Positions 17,020-25,513 of a stretch of DNA of 38,664 bases are shown in pieces. Position 1 is the stretch's first letter, and each line of letters opens with the position of its first letter. A program made the position numbers and the translations under genes. The DNA is taken from assembly GCA_029256365.1 (NCBI GenBank), contig JAQSYB010000002.1, positions 1-38,664 of the forward strand, given 5' to 3'. The notes under the pieces are model-generated. The model made no database searches. It worked only from the letters and a program-made list of their open reading frames with translations, and had not been told where the DNA came from. The DNA comes from Clostridia bacterium. Its GTDB lineage: Bacteria > Bacillota > Clostridia > Lutisporales > Lutisporaceae.

Positions 17020-18089
17020 AGATTACAGATATTGAGATTATGGAGCTTAGCACTCCTCTCAAAAAGCCATTTAAGACAGCTCTTAGGCAGACCAGTGTAT
17101 CGGAAAGCATCATCGTAAAAATTTATACAGACGATGGTCAGGTCGGTTTTGGGAGTGCTCCTCCCACGGCTGCAATAACTGGTGATACCATTGATTCAAT
17201 AAGTGGTGCCATAGTGGATTTTATCGGTCCAGCAATAGGGGGAATGGATATAGAGGAATTTGAACCTATTATGCATAGGCTCCATGGTTCCATTTATCGC
17301 AACAGCAGTGCAAAGGCTGCCGTAGATATGGCTTTATATGATTTATATGGAAAGCATTTTAAGCTGCCATTATATAAGCTTTTTGGAGGGGCAAGGAGAG
17401 AGCTTGAATCGGATATTACTGTAAGTGTAAACTCACCTGAGGAAATGGCTGGGGATGCATCTGAATATATTAAAAGGGGCTATACTACCCTGAAAACAAA
17501 AGTAGGGGTAGACAGCAAGCTGGATATTTTAAGAGTAAAAAGCATTAGAGAAGCGGTGGGGATGGATATCAAGCTGCGCCTTGATGCAAATCAAGGGTGG
17601 AGTGCAAAGGAAGCTGTACGCACCATAAGAATTCTTGAGGACATGGGAATGGATATTGAGCTTGTAGAACAGCCAGTAAAAGCCCATGATATGGAAGGCT
17701 TGAAATATGTTACTGACAACGTAGATACTCCTATTATGGCGGATGAGTCATTGTTTATGCCTGAGGATGCATTCAGAATATTGAAGCTGAGAGCTGCTGA
17801 TATTTTGAACATTAAGCTTATGAAATGCGGAGGATTGCACAATGCCCTCAAGATAAATGCCATGGCAGAAAGCTGTGGAGTAGAGTGTATGCTGGGAAGC
17901 ATGATTGAGAGCAAAATAGGAATTACAGCAGCAGCGCATCTAGCATGCGGAAAGCTGAATATAACAAGAGTAGATCTAGATGCAGTGGACTTGATGGCAG
18001 AAGACCCCATAGAGGGAGGCGTAATCGTAACAGGCAGCAGACATGCAATACCTGAAGAATATGGTTTGGGAATAGTTGGATTGAAGTAG
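17016..18089 (+). CDS. ykfB: Dipeptide epimerase of the enolase superfamily (L-Ala-D/L-Glu epimerase-like)
   Basis: KTKVG, LDANQGW, VEQP, MADES and NIKLMKCGG carry the KxK / D / E / D / K catalytic set. PFKTALR is in the 20s loop. ATGA overlap with the upstream gene. Confidence 0.85.
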   Translation: MKITDIEIMELSTPLKKPFKTALRQTSVSESIIVKIYTDDGQVGFGSAPPTAAITGDTIDSISGAIVDFIGPAIGGMDIEEFEPIMHRLHGSIYRNSSAKAAVDMALYDLYGKHFKLPLYKLFGGARRELESDITVSVNSPEEMAGDASEYIKRGYTTLKTKVGVDSKLDILRVKSIREAVGMDIKLRLDANQGWSAKEAVRTIRILEDMGMDIELVEQPVKAHDMEGLKYVTDNVDTPIMADESLFMPEDAFRILKLRAADILNIKLMKCGGLHNALKINAMAESCGVECMLGSMIESKIGITAAAHLACGKLNITRVDLDAVDLMAEDPIEGGVIVTGSRHAIPEEYGLGIVGLK

Positions 18090-18102
18090 GGGGGTGAAAA
18101 AA

Positions 18103-18921
18103 ATGGAAAGAGCTATCGTGTTAAAAAGTGTAGCAGCGGTAAACCTGACACCAGATTTGAACAGTGAGCGTGCGGATGAAGTGCTCCATGGTATGGTGGT
18201 GGAGATATTAGATAAGCAGGAAGATCCTTGGTATAAGATAAAGACGAAATACGATTACTTTGGTTATATGCATAAAAATGATTTGCTCATGAATCAGAAT
18301 GAAGCCCTAAAATGGCTAAAAGAGAATTATACCATTCAAAGATTGATTGTGGATGTAATGTCTGAAGCGAAGTATGGAAGCAAAGTGACTGCAACCTTAA
18401 CAAAGGGCTGCTTGGTAAAGCATACAGGTATTTTTCAAGATAAGTGGGAAAAGATTGGATTGGCAGATGGAAGCTGGGGCTGGATTCGGATCGGCTTTGC
18501 ACATTCCTCTGAAGCCTTAGATACCAATACCAATGAAGAGGAGCTGCGCAAAAGGATTGTAGCAGTGAGCTTGGAATATTTGGATACACAGTATAGATGG
18601 GGAGGGAAAAGTCATTTTGGCATTGACTGCTCTGGATTGGCTTCCATGGCATATATGCTGAATGGTTTGCTGATTCCGAGAGACGTAGATCAACAGAGGG
18701 AATACTTAAGGCCCATTGCTAGAGATGAGGCAAAGCCTGGTGATTTATTTTTCTTCCCTGGGCATGTGGCTGTTTGTATTGGTGAAGGACGATATGTACA
18801 TGCAACAGGCAGAGAGGGCTATACCCTTATCAACAGCTTTCATAAGGGAAGTGAAGAGTATAGAGAGGATCTTGATCAGATACAGACCGGTACCGGTACA
18901 ATATTTGGAATGGAGGTCTAG
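18103..18921 (+). CDS. ykfC: SH3b + NlpC/P60 cysteine peptidase (gamma-D-glutamyl-L-diamino acid endopeptidase, YkfC-like)
   Basis: YRWGGKSHFGIDCSGL (catalytic Cys) and PGHVAVCIGEGRYVHA (His). No signal peptide. ATG 18103 preferred because a G-rich SD lies at 18088-18094. Confidence 0.82.
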   Translation: MERAIVLKSVAAVNLTPDLNSERADEVLHGMVVEILDKQEDPWYKIKTKYDYFGYMHKNDLLMNQNEALKWLKENYTIQRLIVDVMSEAKYGSKVTATLTKGCLVKHTGIFQDKWEKIGLADGSWGWIRIGFAHSSEALDTNTNEEELRKRIVAVSLEYLDTQYRWGGKSHFGIDCSGLASMAYMLNGLLIPRDVDQQREYLRPIARDEAKPGDLFFFPGHVAVCIGEGRYVHATGREGYTLINSFHKGSEEYREDLDQIQTGTGTIFGMEV

Positions 18922-18923
18922 CT

Positions 18924-19766
18924 ATGAAGAAGATTTATGTTTCTGTGGATTTAGAGGGTATAGGAGGTATCGTTAGTACAGAGCAAGTAGGGATTGTCGA
19001 AAATGTATTTTACGAAGAAGCTAGGAGGCTAATGGCAGGGGAAGCCAATGCAATCATTGAAGGGATAAACCTAGGGGGCGGTCTTGCTGTAATAGGCGAC
19101 TCCCATGGAAATATGCTAAATATTCCTATTGAGCTTCTAAAGGGAGATTTTCTACTATGCTGCGGCAGCGACAAAGCACTTTCTATGATGGGTGGAATGG
19201 ATGAAACCTATGATGGTGTGATGTTCTTGGGCTACCATGCACGTTTTGGTACACCAAATGCCATCATGGATCACACCTATAGTCCAACTACCCTAAGGGA
19301 GCTTAGAATAAATGGAAAACCTGTTGGGGAGACCGAGATAAATGCGGAGGTTGCAGGATATTTCAATGTACCTGTGCTATTGGCAACAGGGGATGATGTA
19401 ACCATGGAACAGCTTAGAATATCCTTTCCAAACATTGAAACGGTAACAGTAAAAAAGAGTATAGGCAGGTATTCAGCCTTATGTGAGCCCGTTGATAAAG
19501 TAAGGACAAAGATAAGAGATGCAGCAAGAAAGGTTACTGAGAACATAGAGAGCTATGGCTTCTTATATAAATCTAAGGCGCCAATAAAAATGGAATTTGA
19601 TTGGAACACTGCCATCATGGCGGAGGTGTGCACTTATGTGCCTGGAGTTGTGAGGAGCGGAGATCGATCAACCTCATACCAGTGTGATGATTATATCCAA
19701 GCCTTCAAGCTGTTTACAGTCCTAAGGAGACTTGCTAGCTCGGTAACAAATACATCTTATCTATAA
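18924..19766 (+). CDS. dppA: D-aminopeptidase, peptidase family M55
   Basis: The N-terminal MKKIYVSVDLEGIGGIV, GDSHGNM and GYHARFG motifs are typical of DppA. Confidence 0.85.
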   Translation: MKKIYVSVDLEGIGGIVSTEQVGIVENVFYEEARRLMAGEANAIIEGINLGGGLAVIGDSHGNMLNIPIELLKGDFLLCCGSDKALSMMGGMDETYDGVMFLGYHARFGTPNAIMDHTYSPTTLRELRINGKPVGETEINAEVAGYFNVPVLLATGDDVTMEQLRISFPNIETVTVKKSIGRYSALCEPVDKVRTKIRDAARKVTENIESYGFLYKSKAPIKMEFDWNTAIMAEVCTYVPGVVRSGDRSTSYQCDDYIQAFKLFTVLRRLASSVTNTSYL

Positions 19767-19828
19767 GATTTTAAATTACACTACTGGCTATAGGCCATCA
19801 TATAAACAAAATAAAGGGGGAAGCGTTA

Positions 19829-21481
19829 ATGAAAAAAAGTACATTTTCCATTTGCCTAGCTATGCTCTTGGCACTGAGTATTCTTCTGTCAGCATGTACT
19901 GCTAAAGTCCCAACCCAAGGAGATAACCTGCCTGCTGAGCCAACAGAAAAATCAATGAGGCTGACGATTGACTCAGAACCGCCAAACATTGATCCACAAA
20001 TTGGTACAGATTTGTACTCCATCATGATTGGTGGCCATGTACTGGAAGGTTTGGTACGTGTATATGATGGAAAAGTAATACCGGGTATTGCAGAGAAGTG
20101 GGATATCTCAACGGATGGACTTACATATACCTTCCATCTTAGAGACTCAAAATGGAGCGATGGCGTTCCTGTCACTGCACAAGACTTCTATTATTCCATC
20201 ATAAGATTGCTGGATCCTAAGACAGCTGCTGGCTATGCAGAGGTAATGGGATTCTACATCAAAAATGCCGAAAAATTCTATAATGGCGAGATAACTGACA
20301 AAGCACAGGTTGGTGTCAAGGTAGTTGATGAAAAAACCTTGGAAATTACACTGGAAAATCCAACAGGTTATTTCATAAGGCTATTAGGCTTTATGTGCTT
20401 CCTGCCAGCAAGGGAAGACATGGTAACAAAGCATGGAGAAGCTTATGCTTCAGAACCTGACAAAATGGTATTTAATGGACCATATATTGTGAAGGAATGG
20501 AAGCATGAAGAAGCAGTTGTATTGGCTAAGAATCCCAATTTCTGGGATAAGGATAAGGTAAAGATGGATATTATCGATCTGCCCATCGTTACGGAAGCAA
20601 CTACTGCAATCAATATGTATGAAACAGGTGAAATCGTTACAGCAGCAATTCCAGAGGAAATGCTGGACCAGTATATTCAGAATGGGAAGGCAAAGCTGAT
20701 GCCAAATGGAGGACTTTTCTGGCTTCAGTTTAATTTCAGCAGTAAGAGCAACGGTGACATTCTTGCAAACACAAACTTCAGAAAAGCTGTGTCCTATGCA
20801 ATTGACAGGGAATCACTAATGAAGGCAGTAGTAAAGCGCGGATTGCCAGCATCAAGGTATGTACCAAACAATATTATGGGTTTAAGTGATAAGTATGCCG
20901 CTGAGAATCCAATGGATGTTCTTCCAGCGAAAGCTGATACTGCCAAGGCGAAGGAATACTTTGAACTGGCACTGAAAGAGCTTAACCTCACTGCAGATAA
21001 ATTTCCTACGATTAAGCTTTTAGGAGCGGATTCATCATCAGCTAGAAAAGTCTGTGAGGCAGTGCAGGATATGCTTCTTAACAATTTAGGTGTAAAACTA
21101 GAGCTGATCAATGTTCCATCAAAGCAAAGACTGCAGCTCGTGAATGAAAGAGACTATGAGATGGCTTATGCAAATTGGTTCCCAGATTATGATGATCCAA
21201 TGACATATTTGGATGTATGGGTAACTGGCGGGGGCTTCAATCGTTCTGATTACAGCAACCCAAAATTTGATAGTCTGATAAAGGAAGCAAAGGCAGCAAC
21301 AGATGAGAAGGTTAGACAGCAGAAGATGTTAGAAGCAGAAAAAATACTAATTGAAGATATGACTGTTGTACCAGCGTATTGGGGTGCAAATGCATATGTT
21401 CAATCCGACAAGCTTGTGAACTATGTACGTTCCATGGTAGGAGCGGACCCAGATCTTACTTATGTCGATATAAAGGAATAA
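19829..21481 (+). CDS. Peptide ABC substrate-binding lipoprotein (family 5, OppA/DppA-type)
   Basis: Signal peptide with lipobox LSAC. 550 aa with typical SBP_bac_5 segments (GIAEKWDISTDGLTYTFHLR, WFPDYDDP). Confidence 0.88.
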   Translation: MKKSTFSICLAMLLALSILLSACTAKVPTQGDNLPAEPTEKSMRLTIDSEPPNIDPQIGTDLYSIMIGGHVLEGLVRVYDGKVIPGIAEKWDISTDGLTYTFHLRDSKWSDGVPVTAQDFYYSIIRLLDPKTAAGYAEVMGFYIKNAEKFYNGEITDKAQVGVKVVDEKTLEITLENPTGYFIRLLGFMCFLPAREDMVTKHGEAYASEPDKMVFNGPYIVKEWKHEEAVVLAKNPNFWDKDKVKMDIIDLPIVTEATTAINMYETGEIVTAAIPEEMLDQYIQNGKAKLMPNGGLFWLQFNFSSKSNGDILANTNFRKAVSYAIDRESLMKAVVKRGLPASRYVPNNIMGLSDKYAAENPMDVLPAKADTAKAKEYFELALKELNLTADKFPTIKLLGADSSSARKVCEAVQDMLLNNLGVKLELINVPSKQRLQLVNERDYEMAYANWFPDYDDPMTYLDVWVTGGGFNRSDYSNPKFDSLIKEAKAATDEKVRQQKMLEAEKILIEDMTVVPAYWGANAYVQSDKLVNYVRSMVGADPDLTYVDIKE

Positions 21482-21490
21482 AAGCTTTGA

Positions 21491-21527
21491 GAGGTGCTAT
21501 TCAAGCAGGATAGTACCTCTTTTTTTA
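21491..21527 (+). terminator. Rho-independent terminator of the peptide block
   Basis: 10-bp stem gaggtgctat / atagtacctc (one G-U pair), 9-nt loop, then eight T. Confidence 0.8.
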
Positions 21528-21564
21528 TTGCAAGCAATCCAATTATATTCCTGCTGCAATATTA

Positions 21565-21573
21565 TGATATAAT
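21565..21573 (+). promoter_or_regulatory. Candidate extended -10 (TGaTATAAT) for the two-component operon
   Basis: tgatataat lies about 65 nt upstream of the kinase start. The -35 is weak. Confidence 0.3.
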
Positions 21574-21639
21574 TACAATGAAAACAAAAGTTAAATAAAT
21601 TCATAGAAATATGATTTGAAATAGGTTAGGGGTGTTTCT

Positions 21640-22935
21640 TTGAAGAACAGAGTAAAAGAGGTTATGATGGTAGGGTTGTTTACTGCTCTGATGGGGCAGG
21701 TAAACTTTTATCCCTTTGGTACTGATTTTAGAATTACAATTGGAGTTGTAATGTTTTCTTTCCTCTTACTGTATTTTCATTCGGTTCCCATCATTGCCAC
21801 CGCAATTGTGACAGGGGTTTCTGTACTGTTTATTAGAATGGGATTTGACTTATTTGCCAATGAAGTAAGAGTTGATACAGCAATTTACAGGCATATACCT
21901 GCTATGATGTATTATATTTCCTATGGTATTATATTAGAGGCAGCAAGCTTTAGAAGATTCTTTGAAAAGCCCATTTATTTCATTACAATACTTACTACTG
22001 CGGATATCATGTCAAATTTTTTGGAGCTCTTGATTCGGAATCAATCCAATAGCAAATCTTTTGACGAGATTTTCTCAACGATTATGCTGGCGGCTGTAAT
22101 TCGGAGCAGTCTAGTACTGGCATTGTTTTGGATTATAAAATATTACAGCCTTTTTATTACAAAAGAAGAGCATCAGAAAAGGTATAAGGAATTGCTTCTG
22201 CTTACTGCAAAGCTTAAGTCCGAAGTTTTCTTTCTGAAAAAATCAATGCAGGATATTGAAGGTGCAATGGTTAAGAGTTATTCCATATACAATACCCTGA
22301 AGGAAAACGATACCATGTCTAAAGAAAATCTCAACAGGATTATGGCAGACAGTCTGAATTTATCTATAGACATACATGAAATAAAAAAGGACTATAATAG
22401 AATCGTAATCAGTATGGAAAAACTTATGCCGACAAGTGAAATAAGTAAGACCATGAAAATGAGTGAAATATTCGAGACCATTAATGATGTATTCACAAGA
22501 TATATAGAAGTAATCAATAGAGAAATCAAACTCAGGTTTGAAATAGATCGTGATTTCAAAACCAGCGAGTATTTTATCATAATGTCTGTACTGAATAATT
22601 TGATACAAAATGCGATTGAAGCATGTTATAGAAATGATTCCTACGTTAATGTAAGGTGTTTCATACAAGATAATATGGTGATTTTTCGCATTCAGGACAA
22701 TGGAAAAGGTATCAATGAAAAGGAACAAAGTCTTATTTTTGAGCCGGGATTTACTACGAAGTTTAATCCTGAGACAGGACAAGTATCTACTGGACTAGGA
22801 CTGGCACATATTAAGATATTGACGGAGCACTTAGAAGGAAGAGTTCGCTTGGTAAATGATGTAGAAGGTATGACAGAGTTTAGACTTGAGCTTCCAGAAG
22901 GTGTAATAATTTGCAAGGAGGATTGCGATGTCTAG
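21640..22935 (+). CDS. glnK: Membrane sensor histidine kinase, GlnK/YcbA-like
   Basis: About 170-aa polytopic N-terminus. H-box DIHEIKKDY, N-box LNNLIQNAIEA, G1 QDNGKGI, G2 GLGLAH. TTG start with AGGGGTG upstream. Confidence 0.7.
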   Translation: MKNRVKEVMMVGLFTALMGQVNFYPFGTDFRITIGVVMFSFLLLYFHSVPIIATAIVTGVSVLFIRMGFDLFANEVRVDTAIYRHIPAMMYYISYGIILEAASFRRFFEKPIYFITILTTADIMSNFLELLIRNQSNSKSFDEIFSTIMLAAVIRSSLVLALFWIIKYYSLFITKEEHQKRYKELLLLTAKLKSEVFFLKKSMQDIEGAMVKSYSIYNTLKENDTMSKENLNRIMADSLNLSIDIHEIKKDYNRIVISMEKLMPTSEISKTMKMSEIFETINDVFTRYIEVINREIKLRFEIDRDFKTSEYFIIMSVLNNLIQNAIEACYRNDSYVNVRCFIQDNMVIFRIQDNGKGINEKEQSLIFEPGFTTKFNPETGQVSTGLGLAHIKILTEHLEGRVRLVNDVEGMTEFRLELPEGVIICKEDCDV

Positions 22936-23821
22936 TTTTATTGTAATTGATGATGATATAAGTGTTAGAAGTGTCCTTACTAAGATAATTGAACAGTATA
23001 ATCTTGGTGATTTGTATGCTGAAGCCGATAATGGACTACTAGGAGAGGAACTAATATTAAGATATAAACCTGATATTGTGATGATAGATCTGCTGCTTCC
23101 TGAGCAGGATGGCATCTCCATAATTAAAAATATCAAGGCTTCCAACGTAAAGAGTATGTTTATTATGCTTTCTCAGGTCAGCGACAAGGATATGATAGCA
23201 AAAGCCTACGAATATGGAATAGAATTTTTCATAAGCAAGCCTATTAATGTCATTGAGGTTGTAAATGTTGTTAGGAAAGTAAATGAATATCTTTCTATGA
23301 AGAAAACCTTTGAAGCAATTGAATCTACGGCTTTGACCCTAGGTAGAAGCAGCATAGGGAATAATGGTAGAAAACTAGGAAATGCCAAGAGGGTATTAAA
23401 TCAACTGATGGCTGACCTAGGCATATTGGGAGATTTAGGCAGCAGAGATATTATAAATATTTCCACTATGCTTTATGATGATCCAGACTTGGGTGAATCC
23501 TTGGAGGAGACGCAGCTCAGCGAGTTGTTAAAGCTGCTGCAAAGCAAGTATTCTTCAGAGGGAAAAGCATCTACCAGTGATTTCAAGGCAATTGAGATGA
23601 GAATGAGAAGAACAGTTGGCAAAGCAATGAAAAATATTGCAGCTATGGGAATAGAAGACTTCAGCAATGACAAATTCATTCTTTATAGCTCCTCTTTATT
23701 TGATTATAGCGATATAAAAATGGAAATGGATTTTATAAGGGGCAAGGCTAAGTATGGCGGTAAAGTCAATATAAAGTCCTTTATTAAGAGATTGCTGGTA
23801 ATGTTAGAGCAAGGTGCATGA
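22928..23821 (+). CDS. glnL: Response regulator with REC plus a YcbB/GlnL-type output domain
   Basis: REC domain (IVIDDD...DIVMIDLLLPEQDG...K). The roughly 170-aa C-terminus is not OmpR, NarL, LytTR or AraC type and resembles GlnL/YcbB. 8-nt overlap with the kinase gene. Confidence 0.65.
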   Translation: MSSFIVIDDDISVRSVLTKIIEQYNLGDLYAEADNGLLGEELILRYKPDIVMIDLLLPEQDGISIIKNIKASNVKSMFIMLSQVSDKDMIAKAYEYGIEFFISKPINVIEVVNVVRKVNEYLSMKKTFEAIESTALTLGRSSIGNNGRKLGNAKRVLNQLMADLGILGDLGSRDIINISTMLYDDPDLGESLEETQLSELLKLLQSKYSSEGKASTSDFKAIEMRMRRTVGKAMKNIAAMGIEDFSNDKFILYSSSLFDYSDIKMEMDFIRGKAKYGGKVNIKSFIKRLLVMLEQGA

Positions 23822-23837
23822 TGAGTGGAAAAAGAAG

Positions 23838-23855
23838 TCAATTTTCTCAATTTTC
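23838..23855 (+). repeat. Perfect tandem 9-mer TCAATTTTC x2
   Basis: Read directly: tcaattttc at 23838-23846 and again at 23847-23855, upstream of the TAXI gene. Confidence 0.6.
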
Positions 23856-23886
23856 AAACCAACACATGTTAATTTGCGTTCCTTTC

Positions 23887-23916
23887 TGTTACTATGTGTT
23901 ACGAAGATTGTAGAAT
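23887..23916 (+). promoter_or_regulatory. Direct repeat TGTTAC-N4-TGTTAC overlapping the -35 position, followed by a TAGAAT -10
   Basis: tgttac at 23887-23892 and 23897-23902 (10-bp phasing). tagaat at 23911-23916. RBS agaggagggg at 23931-23940 and ATG at 23947. Confidence 0.45.
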
Positions 23917-23946
23917 TAAAATATCAAATTAGAGGAGGGGATTTTC

Positions 23947-24903
23947 ATGAAAAAGTACATAGTACTAGCTTTAGTCTTAGTATTCATATTATCCGTAGCT
24001 TTAACAGGCTGTGCGGCACCAAAGTCTAATCTTATATTAGCAACTGGTGGAACTTCAGGTACTTACTATCCATTTGGAGGCGCTATGGCGCAAATATTCA
24101 ACTCAAAGATAGCAGATATGAATGTAACTGCTCAATCAACTGGTGCTTCAGTTGAGAACCTTAAGCTTATAGGCAAGAAGGAAGCTGAATTAGCAATCGT
24201 TCAAAATGATATGACTGATTATGCTTACAATGGTTTAGAATCCTTTAAGGATGGCAAGATCGAAAATGTTAGAGCTATCGCAACACTATATCCAGAGGTA
24301 ATACAAATAGTTGCATCTGAAGATAGTGGAATCGTTACAATGAATGACATCAAGGGGAAGAAATTCTCTGTTGGTGCTCCAGGTAGCGGTGTTGAAGCAA
24401 ATGCTAGACAAATACTTGACGTTTTAACTATGACTTACGATGATTTCGCAGCAAACTATCTATCTTTTTCTGAGTCAGCAGATTCTTTAAAAGACAAGCA
24501 CATTGATGGTTTCCTATTTATGTCAGGTATCCCTAATGCAGCGATACAAGATACAGCTACAACATCAAAACTTAAGTTTGTATCACTTTCAGATGATGTA
24601 GTAACTCAATTGACAACTAAGTATCCTTTCTTTACTGCATTTACTATACCTGCAGGAACATACAATGGACAAGATACAGATGTTAAAACTGTAGCAGTTA
24701 AGGCTACTTTAATAGTTGGTGCAGAAGTATCAGAAAAAGTTGTATATGATTTAACAAAAGCTTTATTTGAAAACCAACCAGAATTGGCAACAGGCCATGC
24801 AAAGGGCAAAGAGTTAAATCTTACAGATGCAGTACAAGGTATATCAGTTCCATTCCACCCAGGTGCTGAGAAGTACTATAAGGAAGTTGGAGCAATTAAG
24901 TAA
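23947..24903 (+). CDS. TRAP transporter solute receptor, TAXI family (lipoprotein)
   Basis: Lipobox LTGC. LATGGTSGTYYPFGGAMAQ and HPGAEKYYKE are typical TAXI motifs. Confidence 0.88.
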   Translation: MKKYIVLALVLVFILSVALTGCAAPKSNLILATGGTSGTYYPFGGAMAQIFNSKIADMNVTAQSTGASVENLKLIGKKEAELAIVQNDMTDYAYNGLESFKDGKIENVRAIATLYPEVIQIVASEDSGIVTMNDIKGKKFSVGAPGSGVEANARQILDVLTMTYDDFAANYLSFSESADSLKDKHIDGFLFMSGIPNAAIQDTATTSKLKFVSLSDDVVTQLTTKYPFFTAFTIPAGTYNGQDTDVKTVAVKATLIVGAEVSEKVVYDLTKALFENQPELATGHAKGKELNLTDAVQGISVPFHPGAEKYYKEVGAIK

Positions 24904-24914
24904 TTAGGAGGATT

Positions 24915-24950
24915 GCCGGGCTGGAAATATCCGGTCCGGCTTCTTTATTT
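24915..24950 (+). terminator. Intercistronic hairpin or partial terminator after the TAXI gene
   Basis: 10-bp stem gccgggctgg / ccggtccggc (two G-U pairs), 6-nt loop, T-rich tail ttctttattt that abuts the next ATG. Confidence 0.5.
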
Positions 24951-25451
24951 ATGAAAAAGAATGCATCGATACTAAGTTTTCTTATATTATGTATCATTAT
25001 TTTGAATATACCAATGTTTAGCAAGTTTACGATTTCCCATGGTAAAACTGGAGAAATCGTTTATGTTGATGATATTGAAGAAGCGAAGGAGTTTGTAATA
25101 AGCTTCAAGCATTCAGTAAATCGTACCCTAGTCAATGAGTTCATAAAGATACAAGGAAATAAATTTTTAGTTTACAAAACCACTTTCTATTCATATGGGG
25201 CAGGTATGCCTGAGTATGATCCGGGAAGCGGACAGAAGTTAACAATCGTTGACGGACTTGTTCAGATTGAAAATATAGACAGGGAGCTTGAGGATTTTAC
25301 CTATTTAGTGGGAACCTATGCAGATCACGCACTAAGCTATGGAGATAAGAGCATGAAGCTTTCACAGTATATTGAACCGCAGAATCCTGCATTTTTCAGT
25401 ATAGATAAAATGACGCTCTTTGAATTAATAAAATATAAATTAAGAAAATAA
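24951..25451 (+). CDS. DUF1850-family protein (function unknown, TAXI-TRAP associated)
   Basis: One N-terminal TM segment. FKHSVNRTLVNEF motif. Sits between the TAXI receptor gene and the fused permease gene. No obvious SD. Confidence 0.75.
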   Translation: MKKNASILSFLILCIIILNIPMFSKFTISHGKTGEIVYVDDIEEAKEFVISFKHSVNRTLVNEFIKIQGNKFLVYKTTFYSYGAGMPEYDPGSGQKLTIVDGLVQIENIDRELEDFTYLVGTYADHALSYGDKSMKLSQYIEPQNPAFFSIDKMTLFELIKYKLRK

Positions 25452-25513
25452 GTAACTGTAAAGATATCATCTGAAGATTCTTTTCAGAATGAAGTAAATT
25501 GAGGAGGGATTTC

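Noticed and set aside
23814-24029. 71-aa + strand ORF spanning the regulator/TAXI intergenic region
   Set aside because: It overlaps the TAXI start in another frame, has no RBS, and covers the promoter and repeat region. It is more plausibly non-coding.
24905-24954. AGGAGGA followed by a 13-codon TTG-initiated mini-ORF overlapping the DUF1850 start
   Set aside because: The SD-to-TTG spacing is only 1 nt and the ORF coincides with the hairpin. A structural RNA explanation is simpler.
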